Positions 41,227 through 54,629 of a stretch of DNA of 64,000 nt are shown one piece after another (the first letter of the stretch is position 1; each line of letters begins with the position of its first letter). The position numbers and the translations under genes are program-made. Origin of the DNA: Haliotis rufescens (taxonomy: Eukaryota); contig NW_025963780.1 of assembly GCF_023055435.1 (NCBI RefSeq), forward strand, positions 44,144,001 to 44,208,000. Direction: 5' to 3'. The notes below the pieces were generated by a model. That model made no database searches. It worked only from the letters and a program-made list of their open reading frames with translations, and had not been told where the DNA came from.

Positions 41227-42285
41227 GTACTCAAAGTTTGAAGTTTAATGTGAAGCGAATGCAATATTCAATACTTGCCCCCTGAGGTGATGTCCCTTCT
41301 GTGGGATCAACCTTATCTCAGGAGATAACAATAACAATCATAATGCCTGCTCAAACTGCACAAAGTGATGGAGATAATATAAGATAGTACTTTCCCGATC
41401 ACAACTGATCGATTTCAGGTTTACATAAATAAATCTGACACGAGTGATTCTATTTAAAAATATACTTCTTTTCACTTAGTGATCACTCCCTTAATGCCCC
41501 CGTTAAACATACCGAAATGTGTGGTAATTGACAGATGCGACCGAGGGAAAGGAGGTCACATTCCGAAGTCAAACCTGAACGTCACCATGGGTGCGTTGCG
41601 AAAAGCCAATCGCTTGCAAACGATGTACAGTAGGGCGCTAACTTTCAGTCAGTTGCAATCGCACCAATCGCTGGCTGACGTCGGTTCCGTCTCAAACCAG
41701 AATGGCGGCTGACGGAAATTTTGACAGGGAAAAAATAATTTCTTTACTGGGAAATGGACAAAGGCATCCACAATCTGTTCCATATCTTCAAAGTGGTCAT
41801 GACTAGTCATAAATTCATGGGCACGTCATCGAGCCTCATCTATTACGTTCTTCATTTGGGCAAGACAACCAAGCGGTAGCTTACCGCCATTTTGAAGAGT
41901 GCAACCGCTTCGACCAGTTGCAGACCCTGGGCTGAGCGATTAATACTGTGTCTGAGTGGGGTATTCATGTTAAACTGCTGCATGGTATCTCAGTGTGCTA
42001 GCACTATAAATCGGCATCAGTCCGGGCTAGTACAAGCAGCCACACACACACGTGCATGCACGGCGCTATATAAGTGCAATAATCCTGGACGCGACGTGTA
42101 ACTCCATTTCACCTCACCTCACATCTAATCAACAGTGTATAGGCACTTGAGAATGATAATAGATGAATAAAATGTCACTACAAGGGGGATGAAAAAGGAT
42201 CACAAAAGGTTTGACTCGTGACTCACAACAACACATATTCCAATGTAAAACTGTATGTATCTAATACTACGGCATATGTTAACAG

Positions 42286-42373
42286 AGGTGGTTATAATCG
42301 GCTGCAGTGTGGGAGGAGTCATCATGATAGCAATCATTGTGACAATCACGGTCTGCGTCCGACGAAAGAAAAG
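42286..42373 (+). CDS. Paralog C, transmembrane exon (EVVIIGCSVGGVIMIAIIVTITVCVRRKK)
   Basis: gttaacag| ... AG|gtaaaa; 88 nt. Confidence 0.8.
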
Positions 42374-43136
42374 GTAAAAGCTTTTACAATTAGTATTACC
42401 ATATCGGGGAATAACATACCCACACATTCTCTGAAAGAACATTCACTCTACATGGAATTAGTCATGCATGAATCGCTGTGTTCTTAAATATACATCGCAA
42501 TTCAAGAGTATGTTTGTAATTGATCTTTCATCTATCGTTGATAAAATCATCATGCATGGTTACTGAGATTATGCATATCAGTGAAACACTTCTCATATCC
42601 TATACTTCCGTTAAAAACATGATATAAAATGAGTTCAGGACGAGAGTTTGTGGGTGTCAACTTCGGTATTATGAGGAACACAACATTAAGGAGTATTTGC
42701 TTACTCCTTCATCCGGTGATATGAATTTACTTCCTCCTCCTACCTGAGAAAGCCTATACTCCTAAATGTGTTCCTCATAATAAAGTAGTTGACATCCATA
42801 AATTCTCTTCCTCACTTCCTCATGTGTATCACTTCAAAATGCCATTCAAAGACTTGACATATTACGTTGATATCGAATCTGTCTTAGTTGTGCTTCTCAT
42901 TTTCGATGTAAAATTGTCCTTGAGGCACTGAACACATCTTCTTCGGTCTTACTGACGATCATGGTGCAATAATGGTATATTAATCGGTATGAAGTTAAAT
43001 AATATATCAATCGGTTCCAAGAAGTATTCCAAAATTAAGCCAATGCATACGAGCTTATACAACAAGCAAAGCAATATATTTATTTCATATATAAAGCCTT
43101 CATTATACCTACTGAATTAATATTATCTTGAAACAG

Positions 43137-43680
43137 TTCAGAGAATACTAATCCAAAACGTTTACTCATGGAGGAAAACCACGAGGATCGGAACGAGCCA
43201 AACGGTACCCGGAACTCTGTAAGTGATGGAAACGTGCCTAACCCAATCTATGAAGGAACTGATGACTACAAGCTGGGGCAATTGGACAGGAAGACTAGCG
43301 ATGACGTTAAAGATGGCTACGAACCCGAACTGGAGTCACCTTACGCGTATGGCTTCACGCGATCACGGCCAGCACCTTCAGGCCTCAGTCTGGGCAAAAA
43401 CTTCTGGGTGACACAAGGACACCTTGAGTATTATAACGACACAGTTGTCAATACAGAGGCAAGTGGGGGACATTCAGAGGAGAAAAGGGATGATAGAGTT
43501 TCAGATCTCTATGCCAAGGTGAACAAAGCACGGGGCACTGATCAGGTGACGGATGTGTATACTCAAGTAGACAAACCAAGGAAGCCTGCTCGTGGAACAT
43601 CCGGGCAGTACTCTGCTGGAGAGAACCCAGGGCAGGATGAGGACATTGATGCCATGTACGCAAAGGTTCAGAAGAAGTGA
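43137..43680 (+). CDS. Paralog C, cytoplasmic tail with NPIY, LYAKVNK, VYTQVDK, MYAKVQK
   Basis: aaacag| phase-2 acceptor in frame with ORF 43168-43680; summed exons 1893 nt = 630 aa + stop. Confidence 0.85.
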
Positions 43681-45699
43681 CTCGACATGTGAAGGTCATC
43701 TGTATTAGGACATCATTATGTGAATGCATGTAGCTGTAAACTATGCTTAAAGAAGTGAATCGCGTTTGTGTGCTTTATAACGTAAAGTGTTACTTTATTC
43801 TATGAAACCCTGTATCATGTGCATCTACACATGGGCGTATAATCATGCTATTTTAAATTACACATGGCTTTGAATAACAAAAATATGTTAACACTGGACT
43901 TACACATATGCGATGCTATTGTGCTTAACACATCATTACAATCAACTTAGGTAATTCTTTCTCATCTATTATTTAATTGCTATTTAAGGTGTGTCGTTAT
44001 GTATGTTCTCACCTGTTAAAAATCTTATAGATTACAGCTCAAGCACGTATATATCTTTTTCTGTCCACGTGTGATGTTCATTCTGCAGTAACAAATGTTT
44101 CCCTATTAGAGCATATAGTTGTCTATTGCTTGTGTTTTTTTATATGTAATTGAGACTTTTTTGCGCATCGATGGGATAGGATGACATACATGAACCAAGT
44201 CAGCTCGTGTGGACAGTTAATCTTGACGTCAGAGCCTCCTCCGGAGATGTCTGTCTGAAAGGCTTAACCTCGGTCTCTTCAGCACTGGCACTTCTTTAAC
44301 ACCGCTAGACTCCGCGATAGTGACGAAGACAATGACGTGACGTAACCGGCAACTTGTGAACATAGTTAATGACGAATATATACTCTTACAGGATCTACAC
44401 ATAATGCGATGCTATTGTGCTTAAAACATCATTGCAATCCACTTGGGTAATTCTTTCTCATCTTTTATTTTATTTGCTATTAAAGGTTTGTTCTCAAGTA
44501 TGTTTTCTTCTGTTACAGCTCAAGCGCGTATATATCTTTTTATGTCCACGTGTGATGTTCATTCTGCAGTAACAAATATTTCCTTATTAGAGCATAAAGT
44601 TGTCTATTGCTTGTGTTTATTGATTTTAGAGTGAGACATTTTGCGCATTTTCCCAAACTTTGCTATTTATGAGTCGGATTACACTATGTTCATATTAATT
44701 CCACGCCTTATGCTGTTCGTACGTGGACAAAGGGAAGATGCAATGCACAGCCAATAAAATAAATAATTCACAGTATTCTTCTTGTCATCCCAACATCCAA
44801 GCATTCGTCGTCATGTGGAAGAATCTAACTAACAAACCCCTCGGCCATGATGATACGTTGTTGATGGAGAGGGGGTACAGTGTCTGATAACATTGTCGTC
44901 ATACAGTCGACAAGAGTCCTTGCCCACACCCCGAGTATGAAGTTGAACTTGTCAAAGGTAGTGACCAAAACAAAATCAGTAATCTACAGAAACAAACACA
45001 ATCTTGTTCACATATCTGACTTCTACTTTCCTAATGCAATACTCTGTTCCTATATACATAACAGCAACACAACCCAAGCCATGGCCATATGAAATTTCTG
45101 CTAAAAGCATAAATGTTATACTGTGACCACAAGGTTGTTATCATTCAGACTCCTTGTCAATCGTGGGCCCCAAATGTAAATATACATGTATCCTACCAGT
45201 CTTCATTTACATGATGATGGACGATATCCAAGAATGTCGGTTCACAGTATTTCACATTTATGGGTCAGCTCCGCGTCACTCCGTCCAACTGACACGCCTA
45301 TTTCTGTGTGTTTTTCACTACCATGTTACCGCAAATTTCGTAGGGGCGATGGGTAAGCCTAGTGGTTAAAGCGTTGGCTCGTCACGCCAGGTTCCATTGC
45401 GCACATGGGTATTTAGTGTAAAGTCCATTTTCCGGTCCCCCCTCATGATATTGCTAGAGTATTGCTAAAACCGGCGTAAAACCATACTCACTCACTCAAA
45501 TTTCATAACTGAACCCAAATAAATGTGACCTCCAATTTGACTGTAGACACGAACCGGCGTCACGAAGGGCCCGTCACACGATCGTTACCATGGCAGCTGC
45601 CACTTGGAACTTGGTTGTATACATGGCTCTGCATAATTATTGATATTAGGACTTAGGATTACTTTGTTCTCAATGACAATGCAACTGAAACCATTTGAA

Positions 45700-46700
45700 A
45701 ATTAAGTTATCACTCTTGTTATACAGTATTGTGGAGATTGTTTTGTCACTCTGAATCTTCATGCATAGATCTAAATATGAAACGGATGAGTCGGTCTCAC
45801 TGGTCTCCTATATTTCTAGTTCAGGTGGGTAAATCAGTGGAAGGGAATTGGCTATTTAATTGCTATTGAACGATAGCAGATCATCGACATACCTGAAGCT
45901 TAAGCTAAACTTCTTGGCCCAATTACCTCGTTTTGACTTTGCCAATCCGAATAGAAATTCTTATTCATATGGATAAAGAAACAGATCCACAAGAAGGGGA
46001 GCACAATTGGCGCCTATGGGGATCCCTACTGCTTCCCTAAATGTCCTACCCCCCAACTTTACGTAGGTGTTATCAATGAGGATGTCCAGCATTTCACATA
46101 CTGTTTTCTCAGTAAACTTCAGATGGTATTTGCTTTCATTTTTCACAAATTCTCCTGAACCTCTGAATATAGATATGTAACTGTGTCTGTGTACACCACG
46201 TTTTGTAACAAAAAACCCATGAAGTTTTTCGTTAAGTTTGTCATGTGGGATAGTAAGTTTTTGAATTTCTTCCTCAGGCCTTATATGTGGCATTATTTGA
46301 TATATCATTTATACCCAGTTCTTTGATCATACAATTTATGTAGTGATGCTTACATATGATGGTTATGTTATTTGATGCCTTGTCAGTGGGAACAACTACA
46401 GACTTTTCATGTTGGGCAGCCAGACTTAGGATAACAGCTGGCTGGGACAGAATGGTTTTATTTCTATTCCGTTTCCTCTTTTTAAGTTTGTGGGTTCTAA
46501 AACTGACAACAGCACGCACTGACTTAAAAACACGAACGAATGCAATAACCTTTCAGCGATTTCTTTGGATAACACTGTGTTCGATTCACTTTAACGTTCA
46601 AGGAAGAGAACTAAATGTAAGTGTCAGATCTGTATTTTTATCACAGTCAGTAGACTGTCGTTCGGTGTTCAACGAAGTATTAACAATTATTTTGTAAGTT
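45700..46700 (-). mobile_element. Penelope-like reverse transcriptase relic (paralogous to 15600-16800)
   Basis: VVVPTDKASNN and GIPIGANCAPLLVDLFLYPYE. Confidence 0.8.
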
Positions 46701-49700
46701 ACAAAAAATCGTTCTGCCAAATCTTTCATTACTGGGGTATCTATTATTTATTCATTTTCGGAAAGCTTCACATGGTTGAAATATGTTCCTTGTGCTTTTA
46801 GTACATACGTCTCCGGTTATGAAATGGAAATGGAAATGGAAAAACAGCGAGGGAGTGGAGATTTTTGAAAGACGATGAAAGAGACTATGGAAATGCTTTT
46901 TGTTGCTTTTATTTAGAGAATGTGGAGTCAGACATTTTCCAGCAATCAGTACATCTCATTGGTCTTTGGATAAATGACATGTATGCGTTGCAGGAAATGC
47001 TATGTGTCAAGCAATGGCGTCATTACGTAAACGCTCCACACGAAATGATATTGGCAGTCTGGTATTATCTGTGACACAAATAATTGCCATCGATAAGATA
47101 ACGTATCGGCGTGCAAGGAAATGATATAAGAGCGTAGGTGTGTGTGCCTTGGACTTTAAGTATCATTATCAGCGGAGAAACACTTCGTGTACACAGATGT
47201 AAAGCACATGGAAGGCCACTGCGTTAATTTAATTTAAGAGCTGTGTATGTGTATGTGTGCGTGTATGTGTTTTTAAATATATTGTTTCAATCACACTTAC
47301 AACTACGCACACATTACTTTAATTAGATCCCACGATATCAAAACGTTTATGAGATTTGCATGAGATTTGCTTATTGCGCAAAGTAATGATAGTACTAAGA
47401 CATCTTCCTGAGGCAAGGGAGTTCAGTGACTGTAATGGCCCAGCTTCCACCCTTGCCGAACTATGTTGGCATTTCTGAGTTCGATCGTAGCGCCACCAGC
47501 GGCTATTGCGAGTTATGTCCCTTCTACGTCCCTCCTACTGACCAATCAGATTCCACTCTGATATCACTTGCTTTTGGTTAAAACAAAATGGCGCGGTCCT
47601 GTCTAGAAGATCTGATCGATAATCAAGATCTATATTGTAATGAAACGGGTCTTACTTCGCGAAGTGTATCAAATCACGCGAGCTACTTGATTAAAAAGTT
47701 TTTTTTAAATATCTGTTGACACTAAGCTGACGGTACACATGCATTGCACATTTTGCAATCGACCGAAATCTGCACGTCAATTTATGATTGACAATGAATA
47801 GACTCCTTAGTCCAGCCAAAATTCTGTAACTCTGTAATTCGAGACTAGTTTGGCAAGGGTTGAAACTGGACTTTTATAGTAGGCTAACTCCCTTGCCTCG
47901 GGAAGATGATAGTAACAGTATTTGCATTATTTATGAACAACAACAATTTAGCAAAACAGTGACGATTATAGTGATGTCAGTTGTCTCAGAGATGCTGCGG
48001 GAGGACACCAAGGCCCACTTCGTGACAACACCCGGAATGTCGAATGTCGTTAATTGAACAGCAAGGATAACCAACGCATATTTTGTCGTCCTTCTATGAA
48101 GGACGTTTTTTTGTCATTACAGTGACGTGTATTAATATTCTGAGAACCTTGAAGCATCCTATTGATAACAGTTGCCTATCAGGCGATTATATGTCCCTCC
48201 AGTACAATTGTGTGTGTGGTAATCTATACATCTGCATACCACTTTTAATCTAGGTCTACAATCGAATTAGGTCTTCAGCAACCCATTTCGTGGATCGATG
48301 CTCATGATGTCAATCACTGGATTGACTGGTCCAGACACGATTATTTCCAGACAACCGTCGTAAGGCTGGAATATTGCCGAGTGCGGCGTTAAACAACAAA
48401 CAAACAAACCTAAGATTTGATTAAATGATATTGTGTGTTATTCTCATATCTCATGTCTTGACAGCTATCACATTGATACTAATGGTACTTCCTGCCTTGG
48501 AATGTTATTCTGCAAACACAACTGTCACACCAGAGGTTGTGGTCGTCCTCCTATCACCTACGATGTCAAGGGTCCAGGTGCAAGCTTGCAGATGATACTC
48601 CGGTTTACCTCACCTGTCATAACTATCAGTCAAAATGCAGATAACATGAATATCTTGCTGAAATAAACACCCTGTTAATGATATATGGCAGGAAAAAAGA
48701 TGTCCAGTCAGAGTAGGGAGATAACGCTGCCTCAGATAAATACCTCATCGCAGCCCAAGGAGTGTCACATTCGATGTATGCACGTTCCCGCTCAACCGGT
48801 GGTCCCATGCTCCAAGACTGATATCTCCCTAATCAGTGTTGTCTTGTTGACAAAAAAGTGCGCTTTTCAAGAAATGTCTAATTTCTGGGCGATAAACTTC
48901 ATGGCTACAATCCAAATGAGGATCGGCAGTTTGGTGACTCGCAGGGATTATATGTAGCCGTGACTTTGGCCAACAGCGTTTTAAATACTACATCTGCACG
49001 TATTTTTCTTTCAGACCGTGCTGGTAATGTACGTAAGCTGCACATACTGCTAAATATAGCCGCTCGCAATCACCTGACTGCCGACCCTCGCTCGTTATCC
49101 TATCTTCGTAAATTACTCATTGTGATATGGTGTGATTCTATTTCAAGTGGCGAGGACTAGAGTGAAAAATAAATGAATTAAAATCATTGGTGACACCAGG
49201 TGTTCTCTACCAATAGCACCCGACACATTCAGTGTGGAATATTCACTGTGGTCCACCCATTACTATTGTCTTACTGTTAAGGGCCCTACCGAGCTATACA
49301 CATAAAACAAAACGCACTGGGCAAGTAGGACGTAAATTTTATTGTATATACCTCATCAGTATACAGTAATTACATCGGCTTCGTCGTCTTCAAGAATCAC
49401 CTGGCTGCGTCACTGCTAACTGGCATGTTAATGATAAACGCGTGTCATAGAACTTCAGGGGCGGTCGGATAGCCTACTGGTTAAAACGTTCGCTCGTCAC
49501 GCCGAAGACCCGGGTTCGATTCCCGACATGGGTACAATGTGTGAAGCCCATTTCTGGCGTCCCCCGCCGTGATATTGCTGGAATATTGCTAAAAGCGGGG
49601 TAAAACCATACTCACTCACTCATAGGACTTCATTATGAAGTTTCAATTATGTATGTATTCTAATTTTAAATTAAGTAGACAAGTTAAGTTATTTCTATAC

Positions 49701-50135
49701 AATACTGAATTGATCTGTATGCCAAATGTTACGATATAGCCAGGGACGTGTTCTGATGTATGAATAATATGATGACACAGCCTAGAGGTCAGTTGATAGT
49801 GCGATGGGAAAGACGCCCTGTAACAATGAATACAAAAATTAATATACAAACATAACTCCGCAACGGCTGTGTTCATGCACAAAATGCACCAAAAACCTAA
49901 ACAGTAGTTTTAAATAACAATCTACTACACCTATAGGATATTCATGGTATGATATTCTACAATCATAAGCTTAAGGTGATATACTAGTACTTAGATATAA
50001 CATTCACACACATAAAAAATAAATAGAACAATAACATAACTATAATATATCAAAGTCGTACGTTTAGGTTGCACAATATATATATTTGGTGAAACCCACT
50101 AGGGTGCATCGTAGAGGTAGAGTGGATAACTGCCC

Positions 50136-50608
50136 ACGATATACCTGTCCATGATATACCTGTCCGTGATATACCTGTCCATGATATACCTGTCCATGAT
50201 ATACCTGTCCATGATATACCTGTCCGTGATATACCTGCCCACGATATACCTGCCTACGATATACCTGTCCATGATATACCTGTCCATGATATACCTGTCC
50301 GTGATATACCTGTCCATGATATACCTGTCCGTGATATACCTGTCCATGATATACCTGCCCACGATATACCTGCCCACGATATACCTGCCCACGATATACC
50401 TGTCCATGATATACCTGTCCATGATATACCTGTCCATGATATACCTGTCCGTGATATACCTGTCCATGATATACCTGCCCACGATATACCTGTCCGTGAT
50501 ATACCTGCCCACGATATACCTGTCCATGATATACCTGTCCATGATATACCTGTCCATGATATACCTGCCCACCATATACCTGCCTACGATATACCTGTCC
50601 ATGATATA
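50136..50608. repeat. 15-bp minisatellite (ATGATATACCTGTCC and variants), ~31 copies
   Basis: Direct tandem repetition; source of the spurious MDRYI/MIYLS ORFs. Confidence 0.95.
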
Positions 50609-52256
50609 CAACACATAAACACGTTCCTATTTACAGACATATGTAAATTACATCTCGATTATCTTTAAATCATGAGTACACTACACAAGTTACTGAATAC
50701 ACACATTATTCCACCTCGACCAAAACACAAATAAAATGAAATATATCTAGTAAACATCCACTATCTACACACAAACACAAGTATATGTAGTATGCTAAAA
50801 TGGTATTAATGAGATTTAGACATTTAGGTATGGAATGGAATAAAAATACATAGAACACAATAATAACGTTAAATGCGAACATTCCAATTACATTAAACCC
50901 ATCCCAGTGCCAAGTGAAGTGTGAGAGGGGTGCAGTGGGGAGGATAAATGAGGTAAAATGAGGACACACAACAACAAAACAAAAGACCATGAGTTTACTG
51001 ATAGTGCTTAGCTGACGACTACTTAAGCAGCAGCCTGAAATGAAAAGTACAATTGTATGTCAATCAATGAGGAGAGTTACTTGATAAATCTGAAATAAAT
51101 ACAATAAATATGTGTTAGTAAATGCATTATCTGAAATATCCAGAATTTGTTGATTAACATACCAAACCAAATAGCTTATTCACAATTCATGATCAATATA
51201 CACAGAAACTATACCATACTACAACTACAATATATTATTTCACGTAAACAAGGCATGGTGAGTGCGAATAATCAATATAATCTACAGAAATAGTGGTAGT
51301 ATTGCAAATGGATATTCCTGTGTTATGTAATACGACATTGGTAATACTGCTCTATCATATTTGTACCACCTAAAGCTCAACTTTGGCGAAGGAACATCGG
51401 TAACATATTTGTGATCACTTCGATTGACACATAACGTTATAAATTTAAAGGAAAATGCCCAGAATGCATGATATCTTTTAATGCGACATTGACAACTCCT
51501 CAACAATCGTGTCAACTCAACTGTTGGAGTCCCGCGTATCTAACTTCACTGATGTTCTACTGTCAGCTCGACACTATGGTCAGACTTGAGCTTAGTGGAA
51601 TTGATCAGAGATATGGCCCAGTAACTGAACTTCTAGGCAGTTGTGTATTGTCGGGTATCATTTGAAGATGATGAGCATCTTTGGCTGGTTGGTTGGTTTG
51701 TTGTTTGACGCCGCACTCAGCAATATTCCAGCTATATGACGGCGGTCTGTAAATAATCGAGTCTGGACCAGACAATCCAGTGATTGATATCATGAGCATC
51801 GATACACGCAATTTGGATCGATGACATGTATCAACCAAGTCAGCGAGCCTGACCACCCGATCCCGTTAGTCGCCTTTTACGACAAGCATAGTCACCTTTT
51901 ACGGCATGGGTTGCCGAAGACCTATTCTACCCCGGAATCTTCACGGGGCGTGAGCATCTTTGAAGCAAATACCCAACTATAACGTGATGGTTGAGGGATG
52001 AGGTACACAAACTTTCTAGGAGTGATAACGAAGCGAAAAGAAGCATATTATTAAACAGAATCACTTGTGTTAGATTTGTTCATGTAAACCTGAAGTCAAT
52101 GTTAATGTCAATCGATCAGTTGGTGATAACGAAAGCACAATATTATCTCCATCACTTTGTGCGATTTGAGCATGTATTATTATTGTTATTGTTATCTCCT
52201 GAGATACTGAAGGATCCCACACAAGGGACATCACCTAAGGGAGCCAGTATTAAATA

Positions 52257-52675
52257 TTACATTAGCTTCACATCAAACTTCAAACTTTGAATATCTTTCC
52301 TTGGAGTTTCTTCTGTTGAAGAAAGAGTTTCTTGTGTTGAAAGAAAAGTTTCTTCTGTTGAAGGAAGAGTTTCTTGTGTTGAAAGAAAAGTTTCTTGTGT
52401 TGAAAGAAGAGTTTTTGTTGTTGAAAGAAGAGTTTCTTGTGTTGAAAGAAGAGTTTCTGTTGTTGAAAGAAGAGTTTCTGTTGTTGAAGGAAGAATTTCT
52501 TGTGTTGAAGGAAGAGTTTCTGTTGTTGAAAGAAGAGTTTCTTGTGTTGAAAGAAGAGTTTCTGTTGTTGAAAGAAGAGTTTCTGTTGTTGAAGGAAGAG
52601 TTTCTTCTGTTGAAGGAAGAGTTTCTGTTGTTGCAGCTGGAGTTGATATGTCATTATCCATTGGTGAAGTGGCCT
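52257..52675 (-). CDS. Paralog D, terminal exon with expanded 7-aa mucin repeat ([TEQ]ETL[LP]ST)n
   Basis: gttgtcag|EATSPMDND...; 21-bp coding minisatellite; the donor of A (G|gtattc) reads G|atattc, so the frame runs on to KDIQSLKFDVKLM*. Confidence 0.65.
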
Positions 52676-53236
52676 CTGACAACACGTTACATATAATGTC
52701 TTGAGAGTATTCAGATAGCGTTAAAAACAAGTGGGTGTGCAACTATTGATTCTCACTGCAGTAGGCGATATTCAGGAGAGATAAAGTCAATTCTGACCTC
52801 ACAAACATGTGACAGAAAACATGAACACCCATCGCAGTCCTCGGTGCACGATTACAAGCAATCAGCCCAAGCCGCACCTGCTGATCACATTTAGTCGCCT
52901 CGTACAACAACCAACCGGGTGCCGTGGAACTTGTCTGACCCGGATTCCCACGAGGTATCAAAACAAGTGAATGTGGGTATATGACATGGTTTAAGCAATA
53001 GGTAGGGAATTGTGAATTCTTACTTGAGGCAGATTAAGAAAGACAATGAGGTGTCAACATGGTAACTATGTGCACATGGGGAAACAAACACTAAAACTTG
53101 CAAAGGATTGTGTGTGGTACGGCATTAAAAGAAAAAAATTCTAAAGTTGTTTTAGCATGTGATGTTTTTTATTAACTCTGTTACTATGGTTGTCCTTGCT
53201 GGCGTTACTGTTGCAGTTGCTGTGCTCGTGGCTTAC

Positions 53237-53377
53237 CAGTTGATGGTGTTACCGCTACCGGTGTCGGTTCCGAAGCAGTTGATTTCGTAGTAGTTGATGT
53301 AGATGCTGGGCAGTTCAGTGACACATCTGCAGGAATGGTGGCTCCACAGACGACGGTAACATTCTCACCTGTATCCG
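53237..53377 (-). CDS. Paralog D, short stalk exon (SDTGENVTVVCGATIPADVSLNCPASTSTTTKSTASEPTPVAVTPST)
   Basis: atttgtag| ... ACT G|gtaagc; 141 nt; read-through would meet TAA 10 codons later. Confidence 0.7.
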
Positions 53378-54176
53378 CTACAAATAAATGATTATTGAAT
53401 AAATACTACACATACTTATACATTTGTACATCAATTAGAGCAAACATTTAGACAGACAATGTTTACACTTATACACGCGTCTGTAGTATTGATAATATCT
53501 CTACCAGCTTATGTATTTGTATAAAAATGTTGTGGGTGCTCCCGAGGACCATTGTCGAATTACGTTACCTACCACGGACATGATAGGAATCAGTAGCTAG
53601 TGTGTGATCCCTAGAGCACGACACTGCCACACGAGAGATATTACAACCAATATTCTTGAGACGTCATCGCGTCAGGGATTCTTGGACACGTTAAACATAT
53701 ACTACTGTTGCGACACCATCGTGCAGTAATTTTATTGACGATATGACAAATTGAAAAATGCATACCGAGGTAGTATCACCGGACAATTCACGATTGCACA
53801 ATGTATTCACTAATTACCTACATGATTTCAGAGAGAGGTTTGACTGTAGCAATGGTGTATACATCCATGTTCATTATACAATATTTTTCAATTTCAACTC
53901 ATGCTTAGGCGTTTTGGTTTGAGTGAAATTTTCACGAACGTTTACCCCTTGATATATGAACAAAGATCACAAACAACATATCTTGAAAGTAATTATACTT
54001 ATCCCTCCCTAATGCCTAGTTGAATACACATGATATCAAAATAATTAGTTATCCTAGCACGACTTCAGGGCAGACATCAGACGCCAATTGCCATCATGGA
54101 ACAATTTCCACACGAAATTCGTTACATTTCAAGGTTGACCAATACATCAGGGGAAATATAATTATTAATCACTTAC

Positions 54177-54527
54177 ATTTCGCTCGCATCCACAGAAATT
54201 CTTTTTCTTGACGTCCAGGATCGACTGTCATGAATATTGACATGTTAACATAGTTGGACTTGCTCTCAAACATTGCGCTGGAACAGTTTCTTGATGCAGG
54301 TGGGTTCTTACATTCCACCTTGGTTGACACATCCCCATCAGTGAAGTTAACACTGCAGGCGGGAGACACAACTCTGGTTGCAGCAAGTTGTATTATGACA
54401 TGGGAGTCACACTCATGAGAGTATGCTAGACAGTTAGCATGGGCCTCCCCGTCATGTTGGTCGTTGTACAGGTACACCTCCTGTCCTGTGTGTGTAGAAT
54501 CATGTTGGATGTGCAGAACCGTGTCCT
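54177..54527 (-). CDS. Paralog D, domain 2
   Basis: ttttcag| ... T|gtaagt; 351 nt. Confidence 0.85.
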
Positions 54528-54629
54528 CTGAAAAGAATGGCCAAGTCATTAAAGATCAAATCTTGTGCACGTACGGGGCCATTTAACAGTAATTCGGTAA
54601 AGGGATATATCACATCACAATATTCCTCG

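Noticed and set aside
49458-49530. tRNA-Asp-like sequence
   Set aside because: Head of the multi-copy SINE family 2 with body and ACTC tail, not a tRNA gene
50099-50618. 171-aa and 155-aa ORFs (MDRYI)n / (MIYLS)n
   Set aside because: By-products of a stop-free 15-bp minisatellite; no splice or domain support
48600-51110. Scattered minus-strand splice-like signals (48614-48658, ~51045, ~51090) as further D exons
   Set aside because: No convincing frame, no TM and no homology to the other paralogs; cannot be supported without RNA data
52280-52696. (QQKLFF)n and (LKEEFL)n ORFs
   Set aside because: Alternative frames of the 21-bp repeat; only the Thr-rich frame is homologous to the A/C exon
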